A DNA stretch of 64,000 nt, taken from Pseudonocardiaceae bacterium. Its GTDB lineage: Bacteria > Actinomycetota > Actinomycetes > Mycobacteriales > Pseudonocardiaceae. Below, piece after piece: positions 1 through 9,136 of this stretch. The notes beneath the pieces were generated by a model. The model ran no database searches. It worked only from the letters and a program-made list of their open reading frames with translations, and was not told the origin of the DNA. Positions within the stretch are counted from its first letter, which is position 1. Each line of letters begins with the position of its first letter. The translations under genes were made by a program, and so were the position numbers. The stretch is from the NCBI GenBank assembly GCA_035606945.1, contig DATNDR010000086.1, positions 9,145 through 73,144 on the forward strand, given 5' to 3'.

Positions 1-200
1 TCCAGGAAGCACCGGGGGTCCGAACCGGCCAGCGCGACGTCGAGCACGATCGCGGCCAGGGTGCGCGCCCGGGCCGCGTCCAGCACGTCCGGGACGGCGT
101 CCAGGATCCGGGTTTCGAATCCGGTGGACCGTAACGCCTGCAAGACCCGGCTCGTTGTCTGGCGCAAGGGCACCATCAACAGGACCGGATGTCTTAGCAC
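1..200 (-). CDS. response-regulator receiver-like protein, N-terminal part (gene runs off window start)
   Basis: Reverse complement from GTG at 200 reads VLRHPVLLMVPLRQTTSRVLQALRSTGFETRILDAVPDVLDAARARTLAAIVLDVALAGSDP and stays open to position 1. The beta-alpha-beta pattern and IVLDVALAG resemble a CheY-like receiver, but the usual N-terminal acidic pair is missing. Confidence 0.3.
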   Translation of the reverse strand, partial: MLRHPVLLMVPLRQTTSRVLQALRSTGFETRILDAVPDVLDAARARTLAAIVLDVALAGSDPRCFL

Positions 201-462
201 CGTCGATCGTTGATCAATTTGCATCGGCGGCAAGACTAGCTGGGTGGCGGTAACCGATCGATGTCCGGCAGGCTGACTGGTCGGATCCATCGGGTTACCG
301 GTTTACGTTGAGTGCCTTGCCCGCCAAATGGCGTAATGGATCTCGCCATTAGGCGTAGTCGGTGGTCGTTCGTCGCGCTACAGAGTCGGGTGGGCGACCA
401 CGAGCCGGTAACGCTCTCAGGTTGCGCCGGCGGGGTACCCAGTTCTCCATACCGTTCGTGGC

Positions 463-1824
463 GTGCGACGCCAGCTGGAACGAATCCTGTGGGCCACGGC
501 CTTCCTCGCCGTGCTGCTCGGTCCTGCGCTGCTGGCACCCGTGCTGCACGGTGGTTCGTCACCAGCTCAGCCGGCCAGGGACGGCTCATCGCTGCTGTCC
601 CAGCTGTCGGTGGGGATGGGCCTGCTCGCCACCTCGATGCTGGTCTGCGCGGTGGTGCTGCCGTCTCGGGTGCGCTCGCTGACCCGCACCTTCGGCATTG
701 ACGGTGTGCTGGCCATCCACCGCTTCGTCGGGCTGGCCGTCACCCTGCTGGTCGGCTTGCACATCGTGCTGGTGGTGGTCGCCAAACCCGCCAACGTGGC
801 GCTGTTCGACCTCATGCATGCGCCCAATCGCGCTCGCGCCGCGGTGGGCGCGACCGTGGCGCTGGGTGCGCTGATCGCGCTGACGGTGCTGCGCAGGAGA
901 CTGCGGCACCGTTACGAGGTGTGGCGGTGGGCGCATCTGGCGCTGGCCGGTACCGCGCTGGTGCTCAGTGCACTGCACATCTGGTGGCTCAACCATCTGG
1001 TACGGGACGCCTCGATGCGGGCCCTGTTCACCGTGCTGGCGCTGGGGGTGTTGGCGGTACTGGGATACCGGTGGCTGTGGATGCCGGTCTTCGGGGCCGG
1101 TCGCGCGTACGTGGTCCGTGAGATCCGCCCGGAATCCAGCACGGTGAGCACCCTGGTGCTGGAGCCGCGGCGCAGCCGTACCCGGCGTGGTTACCGAGCC
1201 CTCGAATTCGCCCCCGGGCAGTTCGCCTGGCTGCGCCTGTCCCCGTCGGTCCGGTCGGAGGAGCACCCGTTCACCATCGCCTCCAGCGCTCATCTGGGCC
1301 TGTGGACGGAGTTCACGATCCGGCACAGTGGCGATTTCACCAGCCAACTCCGGCTGTTGCGGCCGGGTAGCCCGGTGTGGGTCGACGGTCCGCACGGCGC
1401 GTTCACTCTCGACCTGCGGCGCACCACCGGCCTGGTGATGATCGCCGGCGGGGTGGGCATCACCCCGATGATGAGCATGCTGCGGACGCTGGCGCATCGA
1501 CGCGATCGGCGTCCGCACCGGCTGCTGGTGATCGCCTCGAGTATCGAGGAGCTGCTATTCCGGAGTGAGATCAGGCAGCTTCAGCAACGGCTGGACCTCA
1601 CTGTCGTCGAAGTGCTCCGGCGGCCGCCACCGAGCTGGACCGGCCCGTCCGGCCGCGTCGACGAGAACCTGCTCACCGAACTGCTGCCCGGCAAGTTCCG
1701 GCGCGACCAGCTCGACTACTTCCTCTGCGGGCCGCCCGCGATGGTCGACGACGTGCTCACCGTGCTCGACGGGCTGGAGGTCCCGCAGCCGCGCATCCAC
1801 ACCGAACAGTTCGACTTCGTCTAA
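463..1824 (+). CDS. ferric-reductase-like transmembrane / FAD- and NAD(P)-binding oxidoreductase
   Basis: 453-aa ORF with a hydrophobic multi-TM N-terminal half. It then carries HPFTIAS (FAD site), GGVGITPMMSML (NAD(P) site) and LCGPPAMV, typical of FNR-fold ferric reductase-like proteins. Confidence 0.8.
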   Translation: MRRQLERILWATAFLAVLLGPALLAPVLHGGSSPAQPARDGSSLLSQLSVGMGLLATSMLVCAVVLPSRVRSLTRTFGIDGVLAIHRFVGLAVTLLVGLHIVLVVVAKPANVALFDLMHAPNRARAAVGATVALGALIALTVLRRRLRHRYEVWRWAHLALAGTALVLSALHIWWLNHLVRDASMRALFTVLALGVLAVLGYRWLWMPVFGAGRAYVVREIRPESSTVSTLVLEPRRSRTRRGYRALEFAPGQFAWLRLSPSVRSEEHPFTIASSAHLGLWTEFTIRHSGDFTSQLRLLRPGSPVWVDGPHGAFTLDLRRTTGLVMIAGGVGITPMMSMLRTLAHRRDRRPHRLLVIASSIEELLFRSEIRQLQQRLDLTVVEVLRRPPPSWTGPSGRVDENLLTELLPGKFRRDQLDYFLCGPPAMVDDVLTVLDGLEVPQPRIHTEQFDFV

Positions 1825-1881
1825 TCCCCTGCCTGACCTGAGAACCCCGGCTAACCACACTCGCGGAGAAAGGTTCCTGCT

Positions 1882-2766
1882 TTGCGCCCCCCGGTACCCC
1901 GATTCGTCCGATGGACCGTCGCCCTGGCGGTGCTCGCCGCGCTGACTCTCGCCGTGTTCCAGTACTGGGGGACCTCGCAATACCCGATCGCCATCGCTCC
2001 TCGCGGCCAAGCCGAAGTCCAGGACGCCAATTGGCTGCCCACCCGGTGGGGTCCGCTGGGGCCCGCCGATCGGGATCTGCTCGTCATGATCCGACAGGCT
2101 GGACTGTGCGGTGGATCGAGCGGCCAACAGGCTCAGAAACAGGGCAGCAACCCGCAGGTGCGCACCGTCGCCAAGCGACTTTCGGTTGACTACGGCGACC
2201 TCGACAAGCAGGTACGCGCGGTCGCGGGCAAGCTGGGTGTGCCGCTGCCCGACCAGCCGACCGTGCAGCAGCAGAGCTGGCTGAACGAGCTGTCCGGGCA
2301 GTCTGGCCCGAAGTACGACCGCATGTTCGCCCAACACCTGCGGGTCACCGATGGTGAGGTGCTGCCGGCCATCACCGCAGTGCGGGCCGGCACTCGGAAT
2401 GAGCTGATGCGATCGTTCGCCGCCAACGCCGCGGCACTGGTCAACCGGCACATGGAAGCCATCGAGCGCACCGGGCTGGTCGACTATTCCAAACTGCCCG
2501 CACCGCCGGCAGATGTCGCGCCCGCTGGCCCGCCACCGGCTATCGACCAGGTGGTCAACCTCACCCCGATTCGCGCCACGGCCGGAAACAACGCGAGCGC
2601 GATGATCGCAGCACTGGTCTCGGTTGCGGGAGTGCTGATCGCGCTCGGTGTGCTCGGCAGTACCGGCCGACGGGTCCGGCAGCCTGCCGGAGCGCAGCAC
2701 CGCAGCGCCCCACGGGGCTTCCCCGACCGGCCGGCGCCGCGCCGCCGCGCCGCGCATCGCTGGTGA
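1882..2766 (+). CDS. DUF4142-like secreted/membrane-anchored protein
   Basis: N-terminal signal/TM segment (WTVALAVLAALTLAV). Two helical repeats resemble DUF4142 (DRMFAQHLRVTDGEVL, NELMRSFAANAAALVNRHMEAI). C-terminal hydrophobic segment followed by an Arg/Pro tail. Confidence 0.55.
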   Translation: MRPPVPRFVRWTVALAVLAALTLAVFQYWGTSQYPIAIAPRGQAEVQDANWLPTRWGPLGPADRDLLVMIRQAGLCGGSSGQQAQKQGSNPQVRTVAKRLSVDYGDLDKQVRAVAGKLGVPLPDQPTVQQQSWLNELSGQSGPKYDRMFAQHLRVTDGEVLPAITAVRAGTRNELMRSFAANAAALVNRHMEAIERTGLVDYSKLPAPPADVAPAGPPPAIDQVVNLTPIRATAGNNASAMIAALVSVAGVLIALGVLGSTGRRVRQPAGAQHRSAPRGFPDRPAPRRRAAHRW

Positions 2767-2782
2767 CGAGACCCCGCGAGTA

Positions 2783-3109
2783 TCAGCGCGGTGGGTTGGG
2801 GACGGGACGGCCGAACAGGGCGAGCAGTGCTTCTCGATCGTCGTTGGCAGCGGCGCGATTGCGCCGGGTGTGCCCGCAGCCGACGCACCGCTGCACCACG
2901 ACGATCTCGCCGCCTTCCCACAGTGCTCCGACCGGCTCCATCGCTGCGCCACAGTCGGCGGCCCGGTCGCCTGGGTGAACGTCGACGTGGCGCGACCACA
3001 GGCATCGTGGGCAATGGTTGGTGTAACCGCTGCCGCGCACCCATGTTCCGCACCGCAGGCAGCGGAAGTCCTCCTTGCGACGGGTGAACGAGGGCGGTTG
3101 CGTCATCAC
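2783..3109 (-). CDS. RNHCP domain-containing protein (Cys-rich zinc-ribbon-like)
   Basis: 108-aa ORF with FRCLRCG, TNHCPRCLWSRHVD and CVGCGH motifs characteristic of the RNHCP family. Confidence 0.7.
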   Translation of the reverse strand: MMTQPPSFTRRKEDFRCLRCGTWVRGSGYTNHCPRCLWSRHVDVHPGDRAADCGAAMEPVGALWEGGEIVVVQRCVGCGHTRRNRAAANDDREALLALFGRPVPNPPR

Positions 3110-3213
3110 CCGCCAGCATTACACCCGCGCCCAGCCAACCCGGCGTTACGCTGGGTACGTTCACCCGAGCAGGACGATACGGGGGACGCACGCAAGACTT
3201 GAAAGGTCTGATC

Positions 3214-3678
3214 ATGAGGCAGGTGGTACGGGCTACCACTGAGGACAGGCGGGTTTGGGTGGTCCGGAGCCGGATCAGCTGGACTCGCCCGGCGCTGGCA
3301 GACCAATTCGAGCACGACCTGGCCGCCGGTTACGTGTCCGGCATCGCGATGTTCGGCGTCCTCGCAGTGCTGACGCTGTTCGTGGTGTTCTGGACTCCCA
3401 CCGATGTGGTCATACCAGCGTGGTTCGTCCTGCTGCTGTTGCTGCTATTGCTGCTGATGCCGGTGTTGTGGGCGCTGCAGCGACCGTGGATCATCACAGC
3501 GGACACGCCCGACCCGCCCGAGACCGAGGGTGAGCACTGGGAGGGCATCGTGCGGGGCATGGTGCCGGCCCGCGATGAGCTGTATCGGATCGTCCATGAC
3601 CTCGAGGTGAAGGGCTATCCCAACGAACCCCATGGGCCGCTGACGCGGATTGTGTCGCCGGCATCGCTTCGCGACTAG
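3214..3678 (+). CDS. hypothetical two-TM membrane protein
   Basis: ATG at 3214 inside the 3199 ORF. Two hydrophobic helices, including a poly-Leu run (WFVLLLLLLLLLMPVLWAL), and coding-like GC3. No recognisable domain. Confidence 0.5.
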   Translation: MRQVVRATTEDRRVWVVRSRISWTRPALADQFEHDLAAGYVSGIAMFGVLAVLTLFVVFWTPTDVVIPAWFVLLLLLLLLLMPVLWALQRPWIITADTPDPPETEGEHWEGIVRGMVPARDELYRIVHDLEVKGYPNEPHGPLTRIVSPASLRD

Positions 3679-3723
3679 CGAACTCCGAGCTCGGTATGCC
3701 AGATCTGGGTAACACTGGAAGGC

Positions 3724-4587
3724 ATGCCTGAACTGCCGGAGGTCGAGGCGCTGGCGCATCACTTGCGAGAGCATGCCGTCGGCGCCACCGTGACGCGGGT
3801 AGACGTCGCCTCTCTCACGGTGCTCAAGACGGTGCAGCCGGCCGTCAGTGCGCTGCACCAGCGGGTGGTGACGGGAGCGGACAGGCGCGGCAAGTTCCTC
3901 GCGCTGTACACCGACGGACCCGCGTTGGTCATGCATCTGGCGCGCGCCGGCTGGCTGCGCTGGTCGGATTCGCTGGTCCCGGCGGCGCCGCGCCCAGGCA
4001 AGGGGCCGATCGCGCTGCGGGTGCACCTGGATAATGGAGCGGGTTTCGACCTCACCGAGGCGGGCACTCAGAAGCGGCTCGCGGTATACGTGCTGGCCGA
4101 CACGGCCGGCGTGGCGCAGCTACCGGGCATCCGCCGGCTCGGTCCGGATGCTCTGGCGCTGTCCCGGGAGCAGCTCGCCGAGGTGCTGCGCGGGCGCACC
4201 GAGCGACTCAAGACGGTGCTGACCGACCAGACGGTGATCGCCGGGGTCGGCAACGCCTATTCCGACGAGATACTGCACGCCGCGCGGCTATCGCCCTACG
4301 CGACCGCCGGCCGGCTGCCCGACGATGCCCAAGACCGGCTGCACGAGGCTCTGCAGCGAGTGCTACGCGATGCGGTAGCCCGCTGCGTCGGCCAGGACGC
4401 CGCCCGGCTCAAGGCTGAGAAGCGGGCCGGTCTGGCCGTGCACGCCCGCGCCGGTCTGCCGTGCCCGGTCTGTGGTGACACCGTGCGCGCGGTGTCGTTC
4501 GCAGACCGCTCGTTCGAGTACTGCCCGACCTGCCAAACCGGCGGGAAGCCCCTCGCCGACCGCAGGCTGTCCCGGCTGATCCGCTGA
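3724..4587 (+). CDS. Fpg/Nei family DNA glycosylase / AP lyase (Fpg2-like)
   Basis: Starts MPELPEVEAL (catalytic Pro2/Glu3), has the H2TH region (GVGNAYSDEILH) and a C-terminal zinc finger CPVCG...CPTC. Confidence 0.85.
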   Translation: MPELPEVEALAHHLREHAVGATVTRVDVASLTVLKTVQPAVSALHQRVVTGADRRGKFLALYTDGPALVMHLARAGWLRWSDSLVPAAPRPGKGPIALRVHLDNGAGFDLTEAGTQKRLAVYVLADTAGVAQLPGIRRLGPDALALSREQLAEVLRGRTERLKTVLTDQTVIAGVGNAYSDEILHAARLSPYATAGRLPDDAQDRLHEALQRVLRDAVARCVGQDAARLKAEKRAGLAVHARAGLPCPVCGDTVRAVSFADRSFEYCPTCQTGGKPLADRRLSRLIR

Positions 4588-4809
4588 CTGCCGGCAGGTG
4601 CGCCATCGGGGTGAAGGTCAACCAATTCACCCCTGCTGCGGTGGCGCGCGTGGCCCATCGGGAGTTCGCTAACCCCTGTGGTTCGGTTCCTGTCACCAAT
4701 TCGCTCCGCGGAATCCGCGCCTCGACGCAGGGCCCCCGTAGAGCAAACGACTCCCGCTACTGATGTTTTCACCGCTTCCTGGTGCTGCTCGGTAGGTACC
4801 ACCTGGACG

Positions 4810-5217
4810 ATGGAGCTGCGGTCAGCCGACGACGCGGCGCTGGGCCGTCCGGTGGAATGGATCTGCTCCGGCGTGCCGACCGAGCAGCCGGCTCCGGATC
4901 GTCAGACCGCCGCCCTACTCGGCGAGCGTGGCCTGTTGCTGTTCCCGGTCAGTCCGGTCAGCGCGGTCGACTCCCCGCCCCGCAGCCGAAGCCGCCGGTT
5001 GGTCGGCTATGTCACGCGCAATCGCGAGGTATTCCGGCTGGCGATGATGCTGCGCGACGTGGTGGACGCCGGCCGCGACCACCCCATGGTGGTCGCCGCC
5101 CGATGGGTCCAGGCCGGCTACCCGGCCGACACGGCGGCACGCTGGGTCATCTCTGGTGTGCACTGGCCGAAAGTGGCTCAGAGCATCTCCCGAACGTCCA
5201 GCCGGGTGCCGAGCTGA
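4810..5217 (+). CDS. hypothetical protein
   Basis: ORF with coding-like composition from ATG 4810 (MELRSADDAALG...). No recognisable motif and the start is uncertain. Confidence 0.3.
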   Translation: MELRSADDAALGRPVEWICSGVPTEQPAPDRQTAALLGERGLLLFPVSPVSAVDSPPRSRSRRLVGYVTRNREVFRLAMMLRDVVDAGRDHPMVVAARWVQAGYPADTAARWVISGVHWPKVAQSISRTSSRVPS

Positions 5218-5322
5218 GAACACGTGCACAAAAGCACGAGCATCCATGAGTCCGTTGGCGAGCATGCGCGCGGACGGCGAGGCGACGTTGTCAGCTGACA
5301 GTGCGCCCGCAAGTATGTTCTC

Positions 5323-6564
5323 GTGACTCTGTTCGACTGGGGAGTGGCAGCACTCGCCCTGGTTATCGGTGCTGCGCTCGCCGGTTTGCTGAACTGGGCG
5401 CGCAGCAGGCGGCAGTTCGGTACCGATGCCGACCGGGCCATCTACAACGCGCTGATCACCATGGCGCAGGCCTCACCGCCGCTGCGAGACGGGTTGCTGG
5501 CCTCCTCGGCGACGGCTGCGGCGCCGCACCTGCGAGCCCTGTTGAATTGCTCGGCTGTCGCCTTGACCAACGATGAAAGCGTGATGCTGGCCTGGGACGG
5601 GGAATCTCAGCATCACGCCGAATGGGTCGCCGAAGCCGCCCTGGAGGCCTTGAGTACCGGCCGCCAGCAGGTCCGCGACCAGCGCGAGATGGACTGCGGG
5701 CGGGCCGACTGCCCGATTCGGGCGGTGATCGTCTCCCCGCTGGAGGTCGACGGCGGGGTGGTCGGGACCTTCGGCGTGGTCAGCGAGCGACCTGCAGCGG
5801 CCGGCGTGATGCGGGCCACCGCCGAGGTCGCCCGTTACGTCTCCAGCCAGCTCGAACTGGCCGAGCTCGACGAGTCCCGGTCCCGGCTGGCCCACGCCGA
5901 GGTACGGGCGCTGCGCGCACAGATCTCACCGCACTTCATCTACAACGCGCTGACCACTATCTCGTCCTGCGTGCGCACCGACCCGGAGGAGGCCCGTGAG
6001 CTGCTCATGGAGTTCGCCGAGTTCACCCGGTACTCCTTCCGCGCCACCGGGGAGTTCACCACGCTGGCCGAGGAACTCAACAACATCGACCGGTACCTGA
6101 TCCTGGAGAAGGCCCGGTTCGGGGAACGCCTGCAGGTCAAACTGCAGATCGCCCCTGAGGTGCTCCCGGTGGTGCTGCCGTTCCTGGCGCTACAACCGCT
6201 GGTGGAGAACGCGGTCCGGCACGGGCTGGCGGGCAAACCCGGTGGCGGCACCGTCTCGGTGGTGGCCGAGGACGCCGGATCGGACTGCGTGATCAGCGTC
6301 AACGACGACGGCATCGGGATGGATCCGGAACGGTTACGCGACGAGATGACCGATTCCCACCTCACCGGCGCCCATGTCGGCCTGGGCAACGTGCACGACC
6401 GGCTGCGCGGGGCCTTCGGCGACGAGTGCGGGCTGGTCGTCGAAACCGCGCCGGGCTTGGGCACCAAGGTCAGCATGAGGGTGCCCAAGTTCAGCCGCGG
6501 AGTACGCGCCCTCGCGCCGCCGACGCCGAACCCGTCGCGAACTCAACCTCCAGTCAGTGCATAG
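5323..6564 (+). CDS. sensor histidine kinase, LytS/YehU-type (His_kinase + HATPase_c)
   Basis: GTG start and an N-terminal TM helix. It has the LytS-type phosphoacceptor box AQISPHFIYNALTTI and the ATPase boxes LQPLVENAVRHG, DDGIGMD and GLGNVHDRL. Confidence 0.85.
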   Translation: MTLFDWGVAALALVIGAALAGLLNWARSRRQFGTDADRAIYNALITMAQASPPLRDGLLASSATAAAPHLRALLNCSAVALTNDESVMLAWDGESQHHAEWVAEAALEALSTGRQQVRDQREMDCGRADCPIRAVIVSPLEVDGGVVGTFGVVSERPAAAGVMRATAEVARYVSSQLELAELDESRSRLAHAEVRALRAQISPHFIYNALTTISSCVRTDPEEARELLMEFAEFTRYSFRATGEFTTLAEELNNIDRYLILEKARFGERLQVKLQIAPEVLPVVLPFLALQPLVENAVRHGLAGKPGGGTVSVVAEDAGSDCVISVNDDGIGMDPERLRDEMTDSHLTGAHVGLGNVHDRLRGAFGDECGLVVETAPGLGTKVSMRVPKFSRGVRALAPPTPNPSRTQPPVSA

Positions 6565-6621
6565 CTTGGCTCTGGTGACCAGATGCGACGATCTGGCAGC
6601 ACATCTCCGTAGGCTGGCCAG

Positions 6622-7455
6622 ATGGACGTCAAGGAGCTGACCTCGCGGCTTCCGTTGCCGGGCAGCCAACGGGAGCGCGGCCCAGTGGTGGCGGTGGTCA
6701 AGCTGCACGGGCTGATCACGCCGACACCGGGCCCGCTGGTCCGTGGAGTGATCAACCTGGCCGGCCTCGATCCGGTGCTGACGCGGGCCTTCGGTTACGA
6801 ACGGTTGCGGGCGGTGGCATTGTCGATCAACTCGCCGGGTGGCACGCCGACCCAGTCCGCACTGGTGGCGGATCGGATCCGCGGTCTCGCCGACCAGAAG
6901 CGGGTACCGGTGCTGGCGTTTTGCGAGGACGTCGCGGCATCCGGTGGTTACTGGCTGGCGTGCGCCGCCGATGAGATCATTGCCCACCCGACCTCGGTGG
7001 TGGGGTCCATCGGGGTGGTCAGCCGGGGATTCGGGCTGCACGGCCTGCTGGAGCGCTTCGGGGTGGAGCGGCGGCTATATACCGCGGGAGCCAACAAGGC
7101 CCGGTTGGACCCATTCTTGCCCGAGCAAGAAGATGACGTGATCTGGCTGCACGGCATGCAGGCCGAGCTGCACGAGATGTTCCGCGAGTGGGTCTGCGCG
7201 CGCCGCGGCAACCTGCTGGCCACTGATCAACAGGACCTGTTCACCGGCGAGGTGTGGACCGGTCGCCGGGCCGTCGAGCTAGGCCTGGTCGATCGGCTGG
7301 GCACGATGCGCGGGGAGATCACCAAGCGCTATCCCGAGGCGGAGATCGTGACCGTAGAAGGACGCCGGCCGTTGCTGGCCCGTCTGGGTCTGGCTCCCGC
7401 TGCGTTGCTCGAAGCGCTCGAACACCGCGCCGCCTGGTCCCGCTTCGGCCTGTAG
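6622..7455 (+). CDS. S49 family peptidase (SppA/SohB-like)
   Basis: 277 aa with SINSPGGTPTQS and AASGGYWLACAADEI (nucleophile Ser context), plus SIGVV, typical of ClpP-fold S49 peptidases. Confidence 0.75.
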   Translation: MDVKELTSRLPLPGSQRERGPVVAVVKLHGLITPTPGPLVRGVINLAGLDPVLTRAFGYERLRAVALSINSPGGTPTQSALVADRIRGLADQKRVPVLAFCEDVAASGGYWLACAADEIIAHPTSVVGSIGVVSRGFGLHGLLERFGVERRLYTAGANKARLDPFLPEQEDDVIWLHGMQAELHEMFREWVCARRGNLLATDQQDLFTGEVWTGRRAVELGLVDRLGTMRGEITKRYPEAEIVTVEGRRPLLARLGLAPAALLEALEHRAAWSRFGL

Positions 7456-7787
7456 CCCCATTGCCGTGGACGATGCCAACAACGCACGATGCCGGCCTCA
7501 TCCCACACCCGCTGCGACCGCATCTGGCAGCTGAAGGGGCACAGCCCCACAGCTCCTTTCTGGGCCCTCAGGACGCGCTGGAAACGGTGCTGCGGGTGCA
7601 ACGGCGGCAGCTCGGCGTGGGACGCCTGCGCTTCGGCACGGAGCTGGCCGCGAACTCGGCGACAGTAAGGTCAACCAGGCGCACACGGATCGGCCGTCGA
7701 CAGCGATACTGGTCAGGTGCAGGGTTGACGGTCCAGGGATGATTGTTGGGGGATTTGCCGGGGCAGCGCGCGGCGGAGAGGCGGTCA

Positions 7788-8603
7788 ATGAGCGGCAACG
7801 ACGACAACCCCGGGCTTGTCGTGCTCGCCGTGGACGACGAGCCAGGCCCCATGGCCATGCTGTTGGAAGTGTTGGAAGGCGAGCCGCGCATCGGCACCAT
7901 CCTGACGGCCACCAACGCCACCGAGGCGCTGACGATCCTGCGGCCGGACAGTCGCAGCGCCAACGGCACCCCGCTACCGCGCGTCGATGTGGTGTTTCTG
8001 GACATCCGGATGCCTGGGCTGGACGGTCTGGAACTGGCCCGGGTACTCGCCACTATCCCCAACCCGCCGGCGGTGGTGTTCGCCACCGCCTACGACGAGA
8101 ACGCCCTCGACGCCTTCGAGATCGGCGCGGCCGACTACCTGATGAAGCCGGTGAGCCGGGAGCGCCTGGCCAACACGATGCGGCGGATCGTCGCCTCCCG
8201 GCGCGACGCGGCCGCTCCGGGACCCGAGCAGGCCGCTGAGGATGAGGTCATCCCGGTCGAACTCGCGGGTACCACCAAGCTGGTGCCGCGCTCGTCGGTG
8301 CGCTGGGTGGAGGCCCACGGGGACTACGCGCGGCTGCACACCGGTGACGGCGCCAGCCACCTGGTCCGTATCCCGCTGTCCCAGCTGGAGGATCGCTGGT
8401 CCGACGCCGGGTTCGTGCGCATTCACCGGTCCTTCCTGGTCGCCCTGCCGCTGGTCACCGAGTTGCGCATGTCGGCGTCGGGCTATGTCGTCCGAGTCGG
8501 CAACGGCGACGACGCCACTGAACTACCGGTCAGCCGTCGGCACACCCGCGAGCTCAAGGACCGGTTGGTGCGGGCAGCCAAACAGGGCTGGACGTCGCGA
8601 TGA
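7788..8603 (+). CDS. LytR/AlgR family response regulator (receiver + LytTR DNA-binding domain)
   Basis: ATG 7788 (MSGNDDNPGLVVLAVDDEP), phospho-acceptor context VVFLDIRMPGLDG. C-terminal LytTR motifs are VRWVEAHGDYARLHT and FVRIHRSFLV. Confidence 0.85.
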   Translation: MSGNDDNPGLVVLAVDDEPGPMAMLLEVLEGEPRIGTILTATNATEALTILRPDSRSANGTPLPRVDVVFLDIRMPGLDGLELARVLATIPNPPAVVFATAYDENALDAFEIGAADYLMKPVSRERLANTMRRIVASRRDAAAPGPEQAAEDEVIPVELAGTTKLVPRSSVRWVEAHGDYARLHTGDGASHLVRIPLSQLEDRWSDAGFVRIHRSFLVALPLVTELRMSASGYVVRVGNGDDATELPVSRRHTRELKDRLVRAAKQGWTSR

Positions 8604-8627
8604 GTGTCACGATTTGAGGCTTGCCGG

Positions 8628-9128
8628 ATGACCCTCGGGGGCATGAGCGACGATGCGACCGGCCAGGACAGTGACCCGTGGGCGGCGCTGGTCAAGGCGG
8701 CCGAGGACGCGGCAGCCCAGGAGCGGGCAGCGCAGGACAGCACTGTCTACCCGATCGCCGGTCGGACCAAGGCCGGCAAGCGGGAACGGATCGTGCTGGC
8801 CAAGCGGCGCAACAGCCGGCGGGTGGTGCGCACCCTTGCGGAGTTGGAGGACCAGACCAGCGTCGGTGAGGTCCTGGTCCGCCAGCTGGTCCGGGTACAG
8901 CTGATGCTGTCGGTCCGGCTGATGCTGCTGACCGTGGTCGTGCTCGGCGCCATCCCGGTCGCGTTCCTGTTGGTACCGTCGCTGGGCACAACCACCATCT
9001 TCGGCTTGCGCCTGCCATGGCTGCTGCTCGGCCTCGCGGTCTACCCGTTCTTCGTCGTGGTGGCCTGGTCTTACAACCGCGGCGCCGAGCGTAACGAGCA
9101 GGATTTCGCCGAGATGGTCGAGAACTGA
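8628..9128 (+). CDS. DUF485-like two-TM membrane protein (putative symporter accessory subunit)
   Basis: Hydrophilic N-terminus, then two TM helices and a YNRGAERNEQDF tail resembling YjcH/DUF485. It lies directly upstream of an SSS transporter. The start is ambiguous (GTG 8604, ATG 8628, ATG 8643). Confidence 0.45.
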   Translation: MTLGGMSDDATGQDSDPWAALVKAAEDAAAQERAAQDSTVYPIAGRTKAGKRERIVLAKRRNSRRVVRTLAELEDQTSVGEVLVRQLVRVQLMLSVRLMLLTVVVLGAIPVAFLLVPSLGTTTIFGLRLPWLLLGLAVYPFFVVVAWSYNRGAERNEQDFAEMVEN

Positions 9129-9136
9129 GCGTCAGA

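Noticed and set aside
108-124. CCGGGTTTCGAATCCGG, a tRNA T-arm-like palindrome
   Set aside because: It lies inside a coding frame (receiver-like gene). No acceptor, D or anticodon arms surround it.
236-462. Imperfect inverted repeat (CGGTAACCGATCGATG ... CATCGGGTTACCG) upstream of the ferric-reductase-like gene; possible riboswitch or attenuator
   Set aside because: No recognisable riboswitch core motif (e.g. a B12 box) is present. The structure is imperfect, and there is not enough evidence to call a feature.
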